From: an uncultured Bacteroidales bacterium
GTDB taxonomy: Bacteria; Bacteroidota; Bacteroidia; Bacteroidales; PUMT01
Reading direction: 5' to 3'
Assembly (NCBI GenBank): GCA_964520585.1
Contig: CAZFOO010000012.1
Location: forward strand, 1 to 58,584
DNA: 58,584 nt
Position numbers and translations under genes: made by a program. The notes beneath the pieces are model-generated. The model saw nothing but the letters and a program-made list of their open reading frames with translations. It was not told the DNA's origin and did no database searches. The stretch's first letter is position 1; each line of letters opens with the position of its first letter. Shown here in pieces: positions 30,187 through 39,869 of this stretch.

Positions 30187-31359
30187 ATGAGCAATAAAAA
30201 AATCTGGCTTTCTTCTCCGCATATAGATGGGAATGAGCAAAAGTTTATAAATGAGGCATTTCGTACTAACTGGATTGCCCCTTTAGGACCCAATGTTAAT
30301 GGATTTGAGGAAGATCTTCAGAAATTTACCGGAGTAAAATATGTCGCTGCATTGACATCGGGAACTGCAGCAATTCATCTTGGATTAATTAACCTTGGGG
30401 TTAAAAGGGATGATATTGTATTGTGCCAGAGCCTCACTTTCTCAGCTTCTGCCAATCCTGTCGTTTATCTTGGTGCTAATCCGGTATTTATAGATTCTGA
30501 ACCTGATACATGGAATATGAGTCCTGGTCATCTGCAAAATGCTATTAAAGCTTGTCTTGATGGTAAGCTCATCGTTAACGGGATAAAAATACCCAAACCG
30601 GTCAGACCAAAAGCTATAATTCCGGTTCATCTATACGGAATGCCCGCAAAAATGAATGAGATTAATTTAATTGCGGCCAAATACAATATTCCTGTTCTTG
30701 AAGATGCTGCTGAAGCTTTGGGCAGCTGCTACAATGGAAAACCTTGTGGATCACTATGCCAGTTAGGAGTGTTGTCTTTCAATGGGAACAAAATAATAAC
30801 TACCTCCGGAGGTGGCGCACTGCTTTCCAATAATGAATCATATATCAGGAAAGCAAGGTTTCTGGCTACCCAGGCAAGGGATAGTGCACCTCACTATCAG
30901 CATTCTGAAATTGGCTATAATTACCGAATGAGCAATGTTCTTGCAGGAATAGGTCGTGGACAAATGGAAGTTTTGGAGAAGAGGATAAGCAAGCGGAGAG
31001 AGAATAACAGAATGTATCGGGATATGCTAAATAATATTGAAGGCATAACATTTCTTAACGAGCCTGAGGGCCACTTTTCAAATTTCTGGCTTACGACAAT
31101 TCTTGTTGATCCTGAAAAAACGGGAGGAGTTACCCGCGAAGATGTCCGCCTTGCTTTTGAGAAGGCTAATATTGAAGCAAGACCTCTCTGGAAACCTATG
31201 CACCTCCAGCCTGTTTTTGCTGATGCACCATTTTTTGGCGGCGGGGTTAGTGAAATGTTATTTCAAAATGGACTGTGCCTGCCTTCAGGATCTAACTTGA
31301 CCGATAATGATTTTGAACGTATCCATAAGGTGTTGAAATTACTTTTTGGGTTGAATTGA
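30187..31359 (+). CDS. pglE: UDP-4-keto-sugar aminotransferase (PglE/EpsN-like)
   Basis: IWLSSPH, NWIAPLGPNV, EDAAEALGS, SFNGNKIITTSGGG, GYNYRMSN, RPLWKPMH. Confidence 0.85.
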   Translation: MSNKKIWLSSPHIDGNEQKFINEAFRTNWIAPLGPNVNGFEEDLQKFTGVKYVAALTSGTAAIHLGLINLGVKRDDIVLCQSLTFSASANPVVYLGANPVFIDSEPDTWNMSPGHLQNAIKACLDGKLIVNGIKIPKPVRPKAIIPVHLYGMPAKMNEINLIAAKYNIPVLEDAAEALGSCYNGKPCGSLCQLGVLSFNGNKIITTSGGGALLSNNESYIRKARFLATQARDSAPHYQHSEIGYNYRMSNVLAGIGRGQMEVLEKRISKRRENNRMYRDMLNNIEGITFLNEPEGHFSNFWLTTILVDPEKTGGVTREDVRLAFEKANIEARPLWKPMHLQPVFADAPFFGGGVSEMLFQNGLCLPSGSNLTDNDFERIHKVLKLLFGLN

Positions 31360-31431
31360 TTTTCTGGGTTTAATTTATTAGTTGGCACCTGATACTTATC
31401 TGTTAATAACCTGAAAGAACCTTTAATAATA

Positions 31432-34317
31432 ATGTATATGCAATACCTCCTCACTCTTCCTCAAAACCTGATTTCTTATTTTCACGCAATTGAGGCTAAA
31501 CCGGCTTCTGAATGGTTTGTTGCTTCCGATCCTGAAGGTGTAGCCCTGGGTTCGGGAGGGGGAACTGCGTACTTGCTTTATCAATGCTGGAAACAGCAGG
31601 GTTCCAAAGATAATTTTGAATTCTGGCTTGAAAAGGAGCAGAGGGTGCTTATACACGCAGGTGGAAAAAGTCGCCGGTTGCCTTCTTATGCTGCTACCGG
31701 AAAGATCCTTACTCCACTACCTGTTTACAGATGGGAAAGGGGCCAGAAGATTGACCAGAAGCTCCTGGATATTCAACTTCCATTTTATCAAAAGGTATTG
31801 GATAAATCTCCGGTGAAACTCAATACGCTTATTGCAAGCGGTGATATACTTATACTCAACGAGGATGATTTTGGTCACCTGCCTGATGTGGATGTTCTTT
31901 TATTCGGGACATGGACTGAAGCGGTGCAGGCATCAAGGCACGGGGTATTCTTTTGTCATCGTAATAATCCGGGGGAGCTTGCATTTATTATGCAAAAGCC
32001 ATCTACCAGCCAGATACAGGATCTTGTTGATGATTACTACTTTATGATGGATGTCGGGGTTTGGTTGCTGAGTCCTCGCGCCGTTAATAAGCTTATGGCC
32101 GCATGTAAATGGGACATGGATGTGCAGAAATTTTTAGATGTGGATAACCGGCCTTCTTTTTATGATCTTTATGGGGAATTCAGCAGATTCCTTGGAAATG
32201 AGCCGGCAGAATCTCTTGAAGGTCGGGATAAGCTTACCACTGCAGTTGTTCCTTTAAAGGCTGGCTCTTTTTATCATTATGGAACGAGCAGGGAGTTGAT
32301 AGAATCAACATTCCGTATACAGAATAAAGTGACAGATCAGCGGGAGATATGGCATAAAAGGATAAAACCTCATCCCGATATTTTTGTGATGAATGTGTCT
32401 CATGAAGGATCTTTGAATGAAAGTCACCAAAACTTGTGGATCGAGAATTCTTATATACCATCCGGTTGGAATTTTTCAAACAGTCATATATTTACAGGCA
32501 TACCTCAGAATAACTGGAATTTAAACATCCCTTCCGGAGTTTGTCTGGATATGATTCCCGTTGGGGATAACCGTTATTGCATCAGACCTTACGGAATTGA
32601 TGATATCTTCAGCGGTAAGGCAGCGGATAATGGGACAATCTGGCTGAACGCACCTTTAAATAAGTGGTTTGAAGAGCGGGGAATGGATTTGGATGATGCT
32701 TCGGTGGACAGCGAAATCGATATTTTTGATGTGCCATTGTTTCCGGTTTCAGATACTGTTCACTCTTTGGGAGAATTAATTCACTGGATGATAAATTCAG
32801 ATAATACTCAGAGTACCCATCTGCGCAAAAAATGGTTAATTGCTGAACGTTTGGCCGCATCTGAAATTCAAAGCAGAATTAATTTGGAAAGGTTATATAA
32901 TCAACGTGAAGAGTTGATGAAAACGGCTTTGCCTGCAATGGCCAGGAATCATAGTCAAAGTGTTTTCTATCAGCTTGATCTTGATCATCTATCAGATATT
33001 TATGCAGGTTCGGATATTCCTCTCCCTGCAAAAGCAGAAAAGGGTACTTCACTAATGAACCGGATCCATAATCATATGTTCCTGTCAAGGGTGATGCAGA
33101 AAAAGGGGCTGGAATGGGAATATTATGAGCAGAAGGCTTTTGGGTTACTCCGTAATGGAATGACGGGACTTTCTGAATTCAGGAATGAGAAGCCGGTACG
33201 TAATGTATTGAGCGATCAGATTGTATGGGCACGCAGTCCTGTGCGCCTTGATCTGGCAGGTGGCTGGAGCGATACCCCTCCTTACTGCATTATTAATGGC
33301 GGAAGGGTGATGAATATGTCAGTAGAGCTTAACGGCCAGCCACCTATTCAGGTATATATAACGCCTTCCGGGAAACCGGAGATCAGGATTAAATCAATTG
33401 ATCTTGGACTTGAATCCGGGATTTATGAATATTCTGAACTTGAGGATTACAGCAGTGTGGGGTCGGGTTTTACTATTGTCAAAGCAGCTCTTATGTTGTC
33501 AGGCTTTCATCCCGGATATGGTGCTTCCTTCTCATCACTTAAGGAGCAGCTAAAGAGTTTTGGAGGTGGTTTTGATATCTCTTTTCTGGCTGCAGTACCC
33601 AAGGGTTCCGGTCTGGGAACAAGTAGTATTCTTGCTGCATCTTTATTGGGTGCTTTGTCTGAATATTGTGGCCTTGACAATAATCCGGTGACCATTGGCA
33701 AAAAAACTCTTGTCCTCGAACAGATGCTTACCACCGGCGGTGGATGGCAGGATCAGTATGGAGGAATAATTCCCGGGATAAAAGTGATTGAAACCGGTCC
33801 GGGATTCGGACAGGAACCTGAGATCAGATGGCTCCCTGATAATCTTTTTCGTAATCCTGAATACCATTCATGCATGTTATTGTATTATACAGGAGTTACC
33901 AGGGTGGCTAAAAATATCCTTGCAGAGATAGTAAGGGGAATGTTCCTGAACCGGCAGGATACTCTCTCTACTGTTCGTGAAATTTCATTTAATGCTGAAA
34001 GGATAGGTGAGGCTTTGCGTAAAAGCTCATGGAACGATTTCAATTATTGTATAGAAGAAAGCTGGAAGCTGAACCAGCGCCTCGATAAGGGCACCAACCC
34101 CAAATCTATTCAGGATCTGTTAAATCCAGTGGAACCCTTATTATTATCTAAAAAACTTTTGGGTGCCGGTGGTGGAGGTTACCTTTTCATGATTGCCAGG
34201 GACCCTGATGCTGCTGCTAAAGTTAAAAATATTCTAAAGAGGAATCCGCCTAATGATAAAGCTCGTTTTGTGGATTTTAAAATATCACAAAAGGGCCTTT
34301 CTGTTACCAGAAGTTGA
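31432..34317 (+). CDS. fkp: bifunctional L-fucokinase / GDP-L-fucose pyrophosphorylase
   Basis: DP....LGSGGGT, HAGGKSRRLPSY; GHMP part RSPVRLDLAGGWSDTPP, PKGSGLGTSS, GGWQDQ, KLLGAGGGG (alternative start 31438). Confidence 0.95.
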   Translation: MYMQYLLTLPQNLISYFHAIEAKPASEWFVASDPEGVALGSGGGTAYLLYQCWKQQGSKDNFEFWLEKEQRVLIHAGGKSRRLPSYAATGKILTPLPVYRWERGQKIDQKLLDIQLPFYQKVLDKSPVKLNTLIASGDILILNEDDFGHLPDVDVLLFGTWTEAVQASRHGVFFCHRNNPGELAFIMQKPSTSQIQDLVDDYYFMMDVGVWLLSPRAVNKLMAACKWDMDVQKFLDVDNRPSFYDLYGEFSRFLGNEPAESLEGRDKLTTAVVPLKAGSFYHYGTSRELIESTFRIQNKVTDQREIWHKRIKPHPDIFVMNVSHEGSLNESHQNLWIENSYIPSGWNFSNSHIFTGIPQNNWNLNIPSGVCLDMIPVGDNRYCIRPYGIDDIFSGKAADNGTIWLNAPLNKWFEERGMDLDDASVDSEIDIFDVPLFPVSDTVHSLGELIHWMINSDNTQSTHLRKKWLIAERLAASEIQSRINLERLYNQREELMKTALPAMARNHSQSVFYQLDLDHLSDIYAGSDIPLPAKAEKGTSLMNRIHNHMFLSRVMQKKGLEWEYYEQKAFGLLRNGMTGLSEFRNEKPVRNVLSDQIVWARSPVRLDLAGGWSDTPPYCIINGGRVMNMSVELNGQPPIQVYITPSGKPEIRIKSIDLGLESGIYEYSELEDYSSVGSGFTIVKAALMLSGFHPGYGASFSSLKEQLKSFGGGFDISFLAAVPKGSGLGTSSILAASLLGALSEYCGLDNNPVTIGKKTLVLEQMLTTGGGWQDQYGGIIPGIKVIETGPGFGQEPEIRWLPDNLFRNPEYHSCMLLYYTGVTRVAKNILAEIVRGMFLNRQDTLSTVREISFNAERIGEALRKSSWNDFNYCIEESWKLNQRLDKGTNPKSIQDLLNPVEPLLLSKKLLGAGGGGYLFMIARDPDAAAKVKNILKRNPPNDKARFVDFKISQKGLSVTRS

Positions 34318-34394
34318 ATAATCTGAGCAATAATTTCCGGAAGTTATTTTGGTTCGTGTAAAATAGAATATAGATATTTAAGTTATACAATTAG

Positions 34395-34420
34395 ATTTCC
34401 TCGCAGTGTTGCGGGGAAAT
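34395..34420. terminator. GC-rich hairpin after fkp (terminator-like or REP-like palindrome)
   Basis: ATTTCCTCGCA-GTGT-TGCGGGGAAAT, 11-bp stem with one G-U; no clear U-tract. Confidence 0.45.
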
Positions 34421-34596
34421 TCAATTTCTACCGGCATTAAAAAACAATGATATTCCTGGTATCTGGTATATTGACAAACATAACCTGAAATAATCCGTTG
34501 CCTGGCAGTTTTAATAATACATAAACTGGTTTTTTCCAGATAATTTTTTATAATATTGAAATAGCAGGTTTACCGGATTTATAATTAATAAAGTTA

Positions 34597-36018
34597 ATGT
34601 CAAAATATATTTTATCATTTCTTGCAACCATTCTGCTTCTTGCTTCGTCTTATGAAATAAGAGCCCAGATTAAGCGGCCCGGCTGGGAAGCAGGAATGTC
34701 TGCAGTTGGCGGTTTTGGTAAGCAGGCTCCTTTTTGGATTATATCAAACAGACAGGGCAAATTCCTGCCTGAAAAATATGCCGGTTCAATGGAATTAGGA
34801 ATCTTTGCAGAAAGTTATACAGGCAGGGTGATTGATTATGACTACGGTGCTGAACTGTACGGCAGACGTGGTGGCGATGGAGATCTCTGGCTGCATCAGG
34901 CTTATGCTGGTATTACCTTTTATAATTTGGTGAGGGTCAGGGCAGGTATGCAGGAAGAAGTTGTGGGAAGCAAAGTTCCTTCCCTTTCTACCGGTTCGGT
35001 TATATGGTCCGGAAATGCCAGGCCAATGCCCAAAATTGAAATTAGTACTCCCGGGTACTTCTCAGTGCCTTATACAGGAGGTTATCTTGAAATGAAAGGG
35101 CTAATTTCCCACGGTTGGTTTGAGGAGGGAAGATATGCCAGCAATGTCTGGCTTCATCATAAGAATGCATATGTTCGGTTAGGAGGTTCCTTTCCTGTAA
35201 ATATTTATTACGGGTTTAATCACTATGCCATGTGGGGTGGCAGTTCTCCAAGACAGGAGCAACCTTATCCTAAAGATTTTAAAAGTTTTATTAAGGTATT
35301 TTTCAACCGGTCGGGAGATAAAGGAGATTCTTCAACGCCTGAAGGATGGGCGATGAACAGGTATGGTAACAGCCTGGGTTCTCAGAATTATGGTATTGAG
35401 CTTAAGATAGATGATTATTCTGCCGGACTTTACCAGCAGGATGTATTTGAAGATGGCTCAGGTATGAGAAAGAGGAATTTTCCTGATGGGTTATGGGGTG
35501 CTTGGGTTAGATTTACAGAGGAGAAAAAACCGCTTCAGGCAATAGTATATGAATATCTTCAAACAACAAGCCAGAGTGGGGCTTTTCATGACGTGGAGGG
35601 AGATACTTTAGGAGGGAATGATAATTATTTTAATCACGGGCATTATAAGTCCGGTTGGACATATTATGATTACACAATCGGTACGCCCATTATAACATCA
35701 CCTGTTCTAAACGATCCTCCTTCGCAAAGTATCAGTAACAACAGGGTAGTTGCCCATCATTTGGGATTTGAAGGGCACTTTACAGATGTTATTGCTTACA
35801 GGAACTTTTTTACTTTTTACAGGAATTTTGGGACTTACAGCAATCCTTTCAGCGAACGGAGAGATCAGTTTAGCTGGATGATGGAAATTGTCGGACCACT
35901 GAGTTTTTTTGATCTGGAAGCAGGTGTTACCCTCGCGGCCGATTTTGGTGAAATGTACGGTAATAATTACGGAATGGTTATAACTCTCCGTAGAACTGGA
36001 TCCTTTTTGGGAGAATAG
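34597..36018 (+). CDS. wzi: capsule assembly Wzi-family outer membrane protein
   Basis: Signal peptide; PFW..SNRQG, SGNARPMP, WLHHK, GNSLGS, FEDGSG, DNYFNHG.Y. Confidence 0.8.
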   Translation: MSKYILSFLATILLLASSYEIRAQIKRPGWEAGMSAVGGFGKQAPFWIISNRQGKFLPEKYAGSMELGIFAESYTGRVIDYDYGAELYGRRGGDGDLWLHQAYAGITFYNLVRVRAGMQEEVVGSKVPSLSTGSVIWSGNARPMPKIEISTPGYFSVPYTGGYLEMKGLISHGWFEEGRYASNVWLHHKNAYVRLGGSFPVNIYYGFNHYAMWGGSSPRQEQPYPKDFKSFIKVFFNRSGDKGDSSTPEGWAMNRYGNSLGSQNYGIELKIDDYSAGLYQQDVFEDGSGMRKRNFPDGLWGAWVRFTEEKKPLQAIVYEYLQTTSQSGAFHDVEGDTLGGNDNYFNHGHYKSGWTYYDYTIGTPIITSPVLNDPPSQSISNNRVVAHHLGFEGHFTDVIAYRNFFTFYRNFGTYSNPFSERRDQFSWMMEIVGPLSFFDLEAGVTLAADFGEMYGNNYGMVITLRRTGSFLGE

Positions 36019-36462
36019 ATTATTTATAAATTAAAGAACAGGATATTACAGCAATAATAACTATTTTAGAGACAATTGTAGAAATTGATCATAAGTTAGT
36101 GATTAATAAAGTTCATATATTGTTTACTTTTGTAGTCTATAATTATTTAAATTTGATCTAATATTGTGCTTAATAAGCTGCAGGGCTGGTTAATAAACAT
36201 GGCGGACTTTTAAGATTGTTTTTAAGTCAAATTAGATTTTTATGATTAATATGCTGAAAACAAAATAGTTTTTATTGAAACTAATGTGAAAATAGTTCGT
36301 ATTATTTATGAAAAATATTATTTTTGTTCGACCAAATAAAAAGTTAGCAAAAATCTGATATTGAGAGAGATGCTGTTTGAGTGATTTTTTAGACCTGATG
36401 CAGGTACTTACAACTGGCAGGTTTTAGATGGAAAGTTAATAACCCGGTTACAAAAATTTGTT

Positions 36463-38319
36463 ATGAAAGACAGGAGGAAATTCAAATTTATCATAGATCT
36501 GCTAGTTTGGACGGCAACCATACCGGTAGCATATATATTACGTCTTGAAGGACAATGGTTTCCATATGCATCTGATATCGGATTACTGATAATTGCCTCG
36601 GCTCCCATTATGGCGGGTATTATTTATTTACTGAGGCTGAACAGACAATCATGGAACAATATTAGCATCCGCGACCTGTTGCGTTTGGGGCAGGGGATCC
36701 TTATTTATGCTGTAGTTCTGGCTCTCGCTGTTACCGGTCTTGGTGAATTGATCTTTGTCCCCTTATCCGTACCTCTTTTATCTTCTATTCTTGCCCTGAT
36801 ATTTCTTGGCGGTGTACGGGTGGTTACCAGGCTTAAGCTGGAATATTTTGAAAACCGTCATGTCAGAAAATCAAAACATCCGGCTAAAAAAATACTTATC
36901 GTCGGAGCAGGTGCCGCAGGAAACCTGCTGGTTCGTGAAATGTTCAGACATCCCGGTGTAAGGATGAAACCTGTGGGTTTTCTGGATGATGATTACAACA
37001 AACAGAAGGAAATTTATATGGGTGTACCCGTTCTGGGGCGTATTGCCGACATGAAAAAGGTTGTTGAAGATAAGGATATCGATATGTTGCTGATAGCTAT
37101 GCCTACGGCTCCCGGCAGGGCGATCCGTGAGGTTGTTGAACAGGCTAAATCCGCCGAAGTCGATTTCCAGATAATGCCCGGACTGTACGAGCTGATGAGC
37201 GGGAAATTCAACATTACCCAGCTTCGGGAAGTTGATGTGCAGGATCTTTTACGTCGTGATCATGTTGAACTGGACTTTGAATCTATTTCCGAATATATTC
37301 ATAATAAGGTTATTATGGTTACCGGTGCCGGTGGGTCAATAGGCAGCGAAATTGTAAGGCAGATAACAAGGTGTGATCCGAAAAAAGTACTTCTTCTTGG
37401 AAGAGGCGAAAACTCCATATTTAAGATTGAGAACGAATGCAGACAGCTTTTTCCTGAAATTGAGTTTGTAAGCCTTATTACAGATGTCAAGGATATTCAT
37501 TCTCTGGAATCTAATTTCATTAAGCACCGACCACAGGTTGTATTCCATGCTGCTGCACACAAGCATGTGACACTGATGGAGAATAACCCGGAGCAGGCAA
37601 TTCTCAACAACGTGGGGGGAACCCGTAATGTGGCGAACATGGCCCTTAAATACGGTGTTGAGAGGTTTGTTAATGTTTCGTCGGACAAGTCTGTTAATCC
37701 TACCTCTGTAATGGGCGCCTCAAAGCGTGTTGCCGAATTTGTCGTTGAATGGGCTTCCTGTCAGGCAGAAAAGGGCCAGCAGTTTGTTTCCGTGCGATTT
37801 GGTAATGTCCTTGGAAGCAGGGGCAGTGTTGTTCCCCTGTTTAAGCAACAGATTGAAAATGGTGGTCCGATCACAATTACCCATCCTGATATGACCCGTT
37901 ATTTTATGACTATCCCTGAGGCATCTCAATTGGTGATACAGGCCGGGGGACTGGGAGGTAATGGTTCTGTTTATGTACTGGATATGGGAGAGCCAGTTAA
38001 GATAGTCGATCTGGCAAATGACCTTATCAGACTTTCGGGTCTTACTCCCGGTGATGATATTGAGATTGAATATACGGGTATGAGACGTGGTGAAAAGATG
38101 TATGAGGAGCTGCTTACCGATGAGGAAAGTACTTCTGCTACGCGGCATGCCAAGATTTTCGCAGCTAAAACATCCGGTTATCCGAGAGAGAGGTTTGATG
38201 GGCTGCTTGAAGAACTTTTTAATAGAGCAATCAGGCATGAAGGGATGGCAATAAGGGAGCAGTTAAAGGTGATTATCCCTACTTATGAGTTTGAAGCCGA
38301 CAGGGTGGTAAGTACCTGA
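36463..38319 (+). CDS. pglF: membrane-bound UDP-GlcNAc 4,6-dehydratase (PglF/CapD/WbpM)
   Basis: 4 N-terminal TMs, IVGAGAAG, VTGAGGSIGSE, HAAAHKHV, SSDKSVNP..VMGASKR, VRFGNVLGSRGSV, GEKMYEEL. Confidence 0.9.
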   Translation: MKDRRKFKFIIDLLVWTATIPVAYILRLEGQWFPYASDIGLLIIASAPIMAGIIYLLRLNRQSWNNISIRDLLRLGQGILIYAVVLALAVTGLGELIFVPLSVPLLSSILALIFLGGVRVVTRLKLEYFENRHVRKSKHPAKKILIVGAGAAGNLLVREMFRHPGVRMKPVGFLDDDYNKQKEIYMGVPVLGRIADMKKVVEDKDIDMLLIAMPTAPGRAIREVVEQAKSAEVDFQIMPGLYELMSGKFNITQLREVDVQDLLRRDHVELDFESISEYIHNKVIMVTGAGGSIGSEIVRQITRCDPKKVLLLGRGENSIFKIENECRQLFPEIEFVSLITDVKDIHSLESNFIKHRPQVVFHAAAHKHVTLMENNPEQAILNNVGGTRNVANMALKYGVERFVNVSSDKSVNPTSVMGASKRVAEFVVEWASCQAEKGQQFVSVRFGNVLGSRGSVVPLFKQQIENGGPITITHPDMTRYFMTIPEASQLVIQAGGLGGNGSVYVLDMGEPVKIVDLANDLIRLSGLTPGDDIEIEYTGMRRGEKMYEELLTDEESTSATRHAKIFAAKTSGYPRERFDGLLEELFNRAIRHEGMAIREQLKVIIPTYEFEADRVVST

Positions 38320-38366
38320 TCATCCGTTTTCAGTATCTTTCAATAATTTTTATTTAATATTTTTTT

Positions 38367-38415
38367 TGCAAATCAGAATTTTGTTTATTATATTTTTACA
38401 AAATTCTGACTTGCA
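38367..38415. repeat. 18-bp inverted repeat after pglF (terminator or operator)
   Basis: TGCAAATCAGAATTTTGT-N13-ACAAAATTCTGACTTGCA, 17/18 complementary. Confidence 0.6.
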
Positions 38416-38493
38416 GAAATAATCGGTTTGCTTTCCCATGCATTTTTTTCATCCGTTTGTTTGGATTTTTGGATAAAAAAAATTCATGTACAT

Positions 38494-38522
38494 TTGCCGG
38501 TGATTTTAACCGGCAATTTTTT
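38494..38522 (+). terminator. intrinsic-terminator-like hairpin with T6, overlapping a TACATTTG -7 element (38489-38496)
   Basis: TTGCCGGT-GATTTTA-ACCGGCAA-TTTTTT. Confidence 0.45.
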
Positions 38523-38531
38523 GAATTATTT

Positions 38532-39617
38532 ATGCGCATCTTGTTTGTCCATTCTATAGGAAAAAGAAAATTCGGTGGCGGAGAAAAATGGCTTATTTCT
38601 GCGGCTTCCGGATTGAGGGATAGTGGGCACAGGGTGATCGTGGGAGGCAGGCCGGGTTCAAGGCTGCTTAAGGCTGCCCGGCTCAACGGGCTGGAGACTG
38701 TTAATTTCAATATTTTCAGTGATTTAAGTATTTATCATGTCTTCAGGATAGCCCGGTTTATAAGGACCAACAATATAGACGTGCTTATCACTAAAGGCCG
38801 GGATCTGGCTGTGGCAGGTTGTGCCGCCAGAATGGCTGGTAATCCGCTGGTTTTGGTTCGTCACGGACTCCCTATGCAGACGAGTTTCAGGAAACATTCA
38901 TTTCTTCTAAGAAAGCTTGCCGATGGAGTCATTACCAACACAAAAAGCATAAAGGAATTTTATGAACATAAGAATCTGGTTAAAAGGAATTTTACCAGGG
39001 TGATTTATAATGGTACTAATGCCACTAATAATGTACCATCCTATAATTATGCACAACGGTTTCCGGGAAAGAAAATAGTTCTTACCGTGGGAAGGCTTGC
39101 CATTCAGAAAGGTTATTATTACCTTATTGATGCTATCTCCCTGCTCAGCAGGGAGCACGGCGATATTATGTTTGTTGTGCTGGGAGAGGGGAAACTGCAT
39201 AATAAGCTGTTGTCCTATGCCAGGCAAATGGGTGTATCGGAAAGGATACACTTCGAGGGTTTTGTTGATAATGTTGTACCTTATCTTAAGGGATGTGATC
39301 TTTTTGTGCTTCCTTCACTATATGAAGGTATGTCAAATGCAGCCATGGAAGCCATGGCTTATGGCAAGCCTGTAGTGCTGACCAATGTAAATGGCGCAAG
39401 GGAGCTTATTCCTGATGATAGCAAGGGTATTCTTATTCCGCCTAAAGATGCCCGGGCAATTGCTGATGCTGTGATAAGGCTTAAGGAGGATCGTGAGCTT
39501 CGTGAAAAGCTGGGTCAGGAGGCTAGCAGGCATGTTCTTGCAAATTTCCCGGTATCATCTATGATAACCAATATACAGTCCTATATCGAGGAACGGCTCA
39601 TTGCCAGAAATTCCTGA
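38532..39617 (+). CDS. GT4 glycosyltransferase
   Basis: FGGGEKW, VGRLAIQKG, LPSLYEGMSNAAMEAM; ATG 38532. Confidence 0.9.
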   Translation: MRILFVHSIGKRKFGGGEKWLISAASGLRDSGHRVIVGGRPGSRLLKAARLNGLETVNFNIFSDLSIYHVFRIARFIRTNNIDVLITKGRDLAVAGCAARMAGNPLVLVRHGLPMQTSFRKHSFLLRKLADGVITNTKSIKEFYEHKNLVKRNFTRVIYNGTNATNNVPSYNYAQRFPGKKIVLTVGRLAIQKGYYYLIDAISLLSREHGDIMFVVLGEGKLHNKLLSYARQMGVSERIHFEGFVDNVVPYLKGCDLFVLPSLYEGMSNAAMEAMAYGKPVVLTNVNGARELIPDDSKGILIPPKDARAIADAVIRLKEDRELREKLGQEASRHVLANFPVSSMITNIQSYIEERLIARNS

Positions 39618-39712
39618 ATTGTTAATGTTTATAACCTTGTTTTTTTTGAGTTCGGTAATGACCTGCAGTTATTTTGGCAAAGTAATGTCCCGCCGGGTCT
39701 GTGACCGCCACA

Positions 39713-39746
39713 ATTAAAACCGAACATTAAAACCGAACATTAAAAC
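39713..39746. repeat. 13-bp tandem repeat, about 2.6 copies
   Basis: ATTAAAACCGAAC ATTAAAACCGAAC ATTAAAAC. Confidence 0.8.
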
Positions 39747-39869
39747 TGTTAAAAAGATGCCTGGCTATTCGGGGTTAAAACATAGTGTCAGCCTTTTGAA
39801 CATAAAATGCCTTGCATCTGTTATTTTGAAGATGTAATATACTGTGGGGTGATAGTTTTGTGAATCTTT

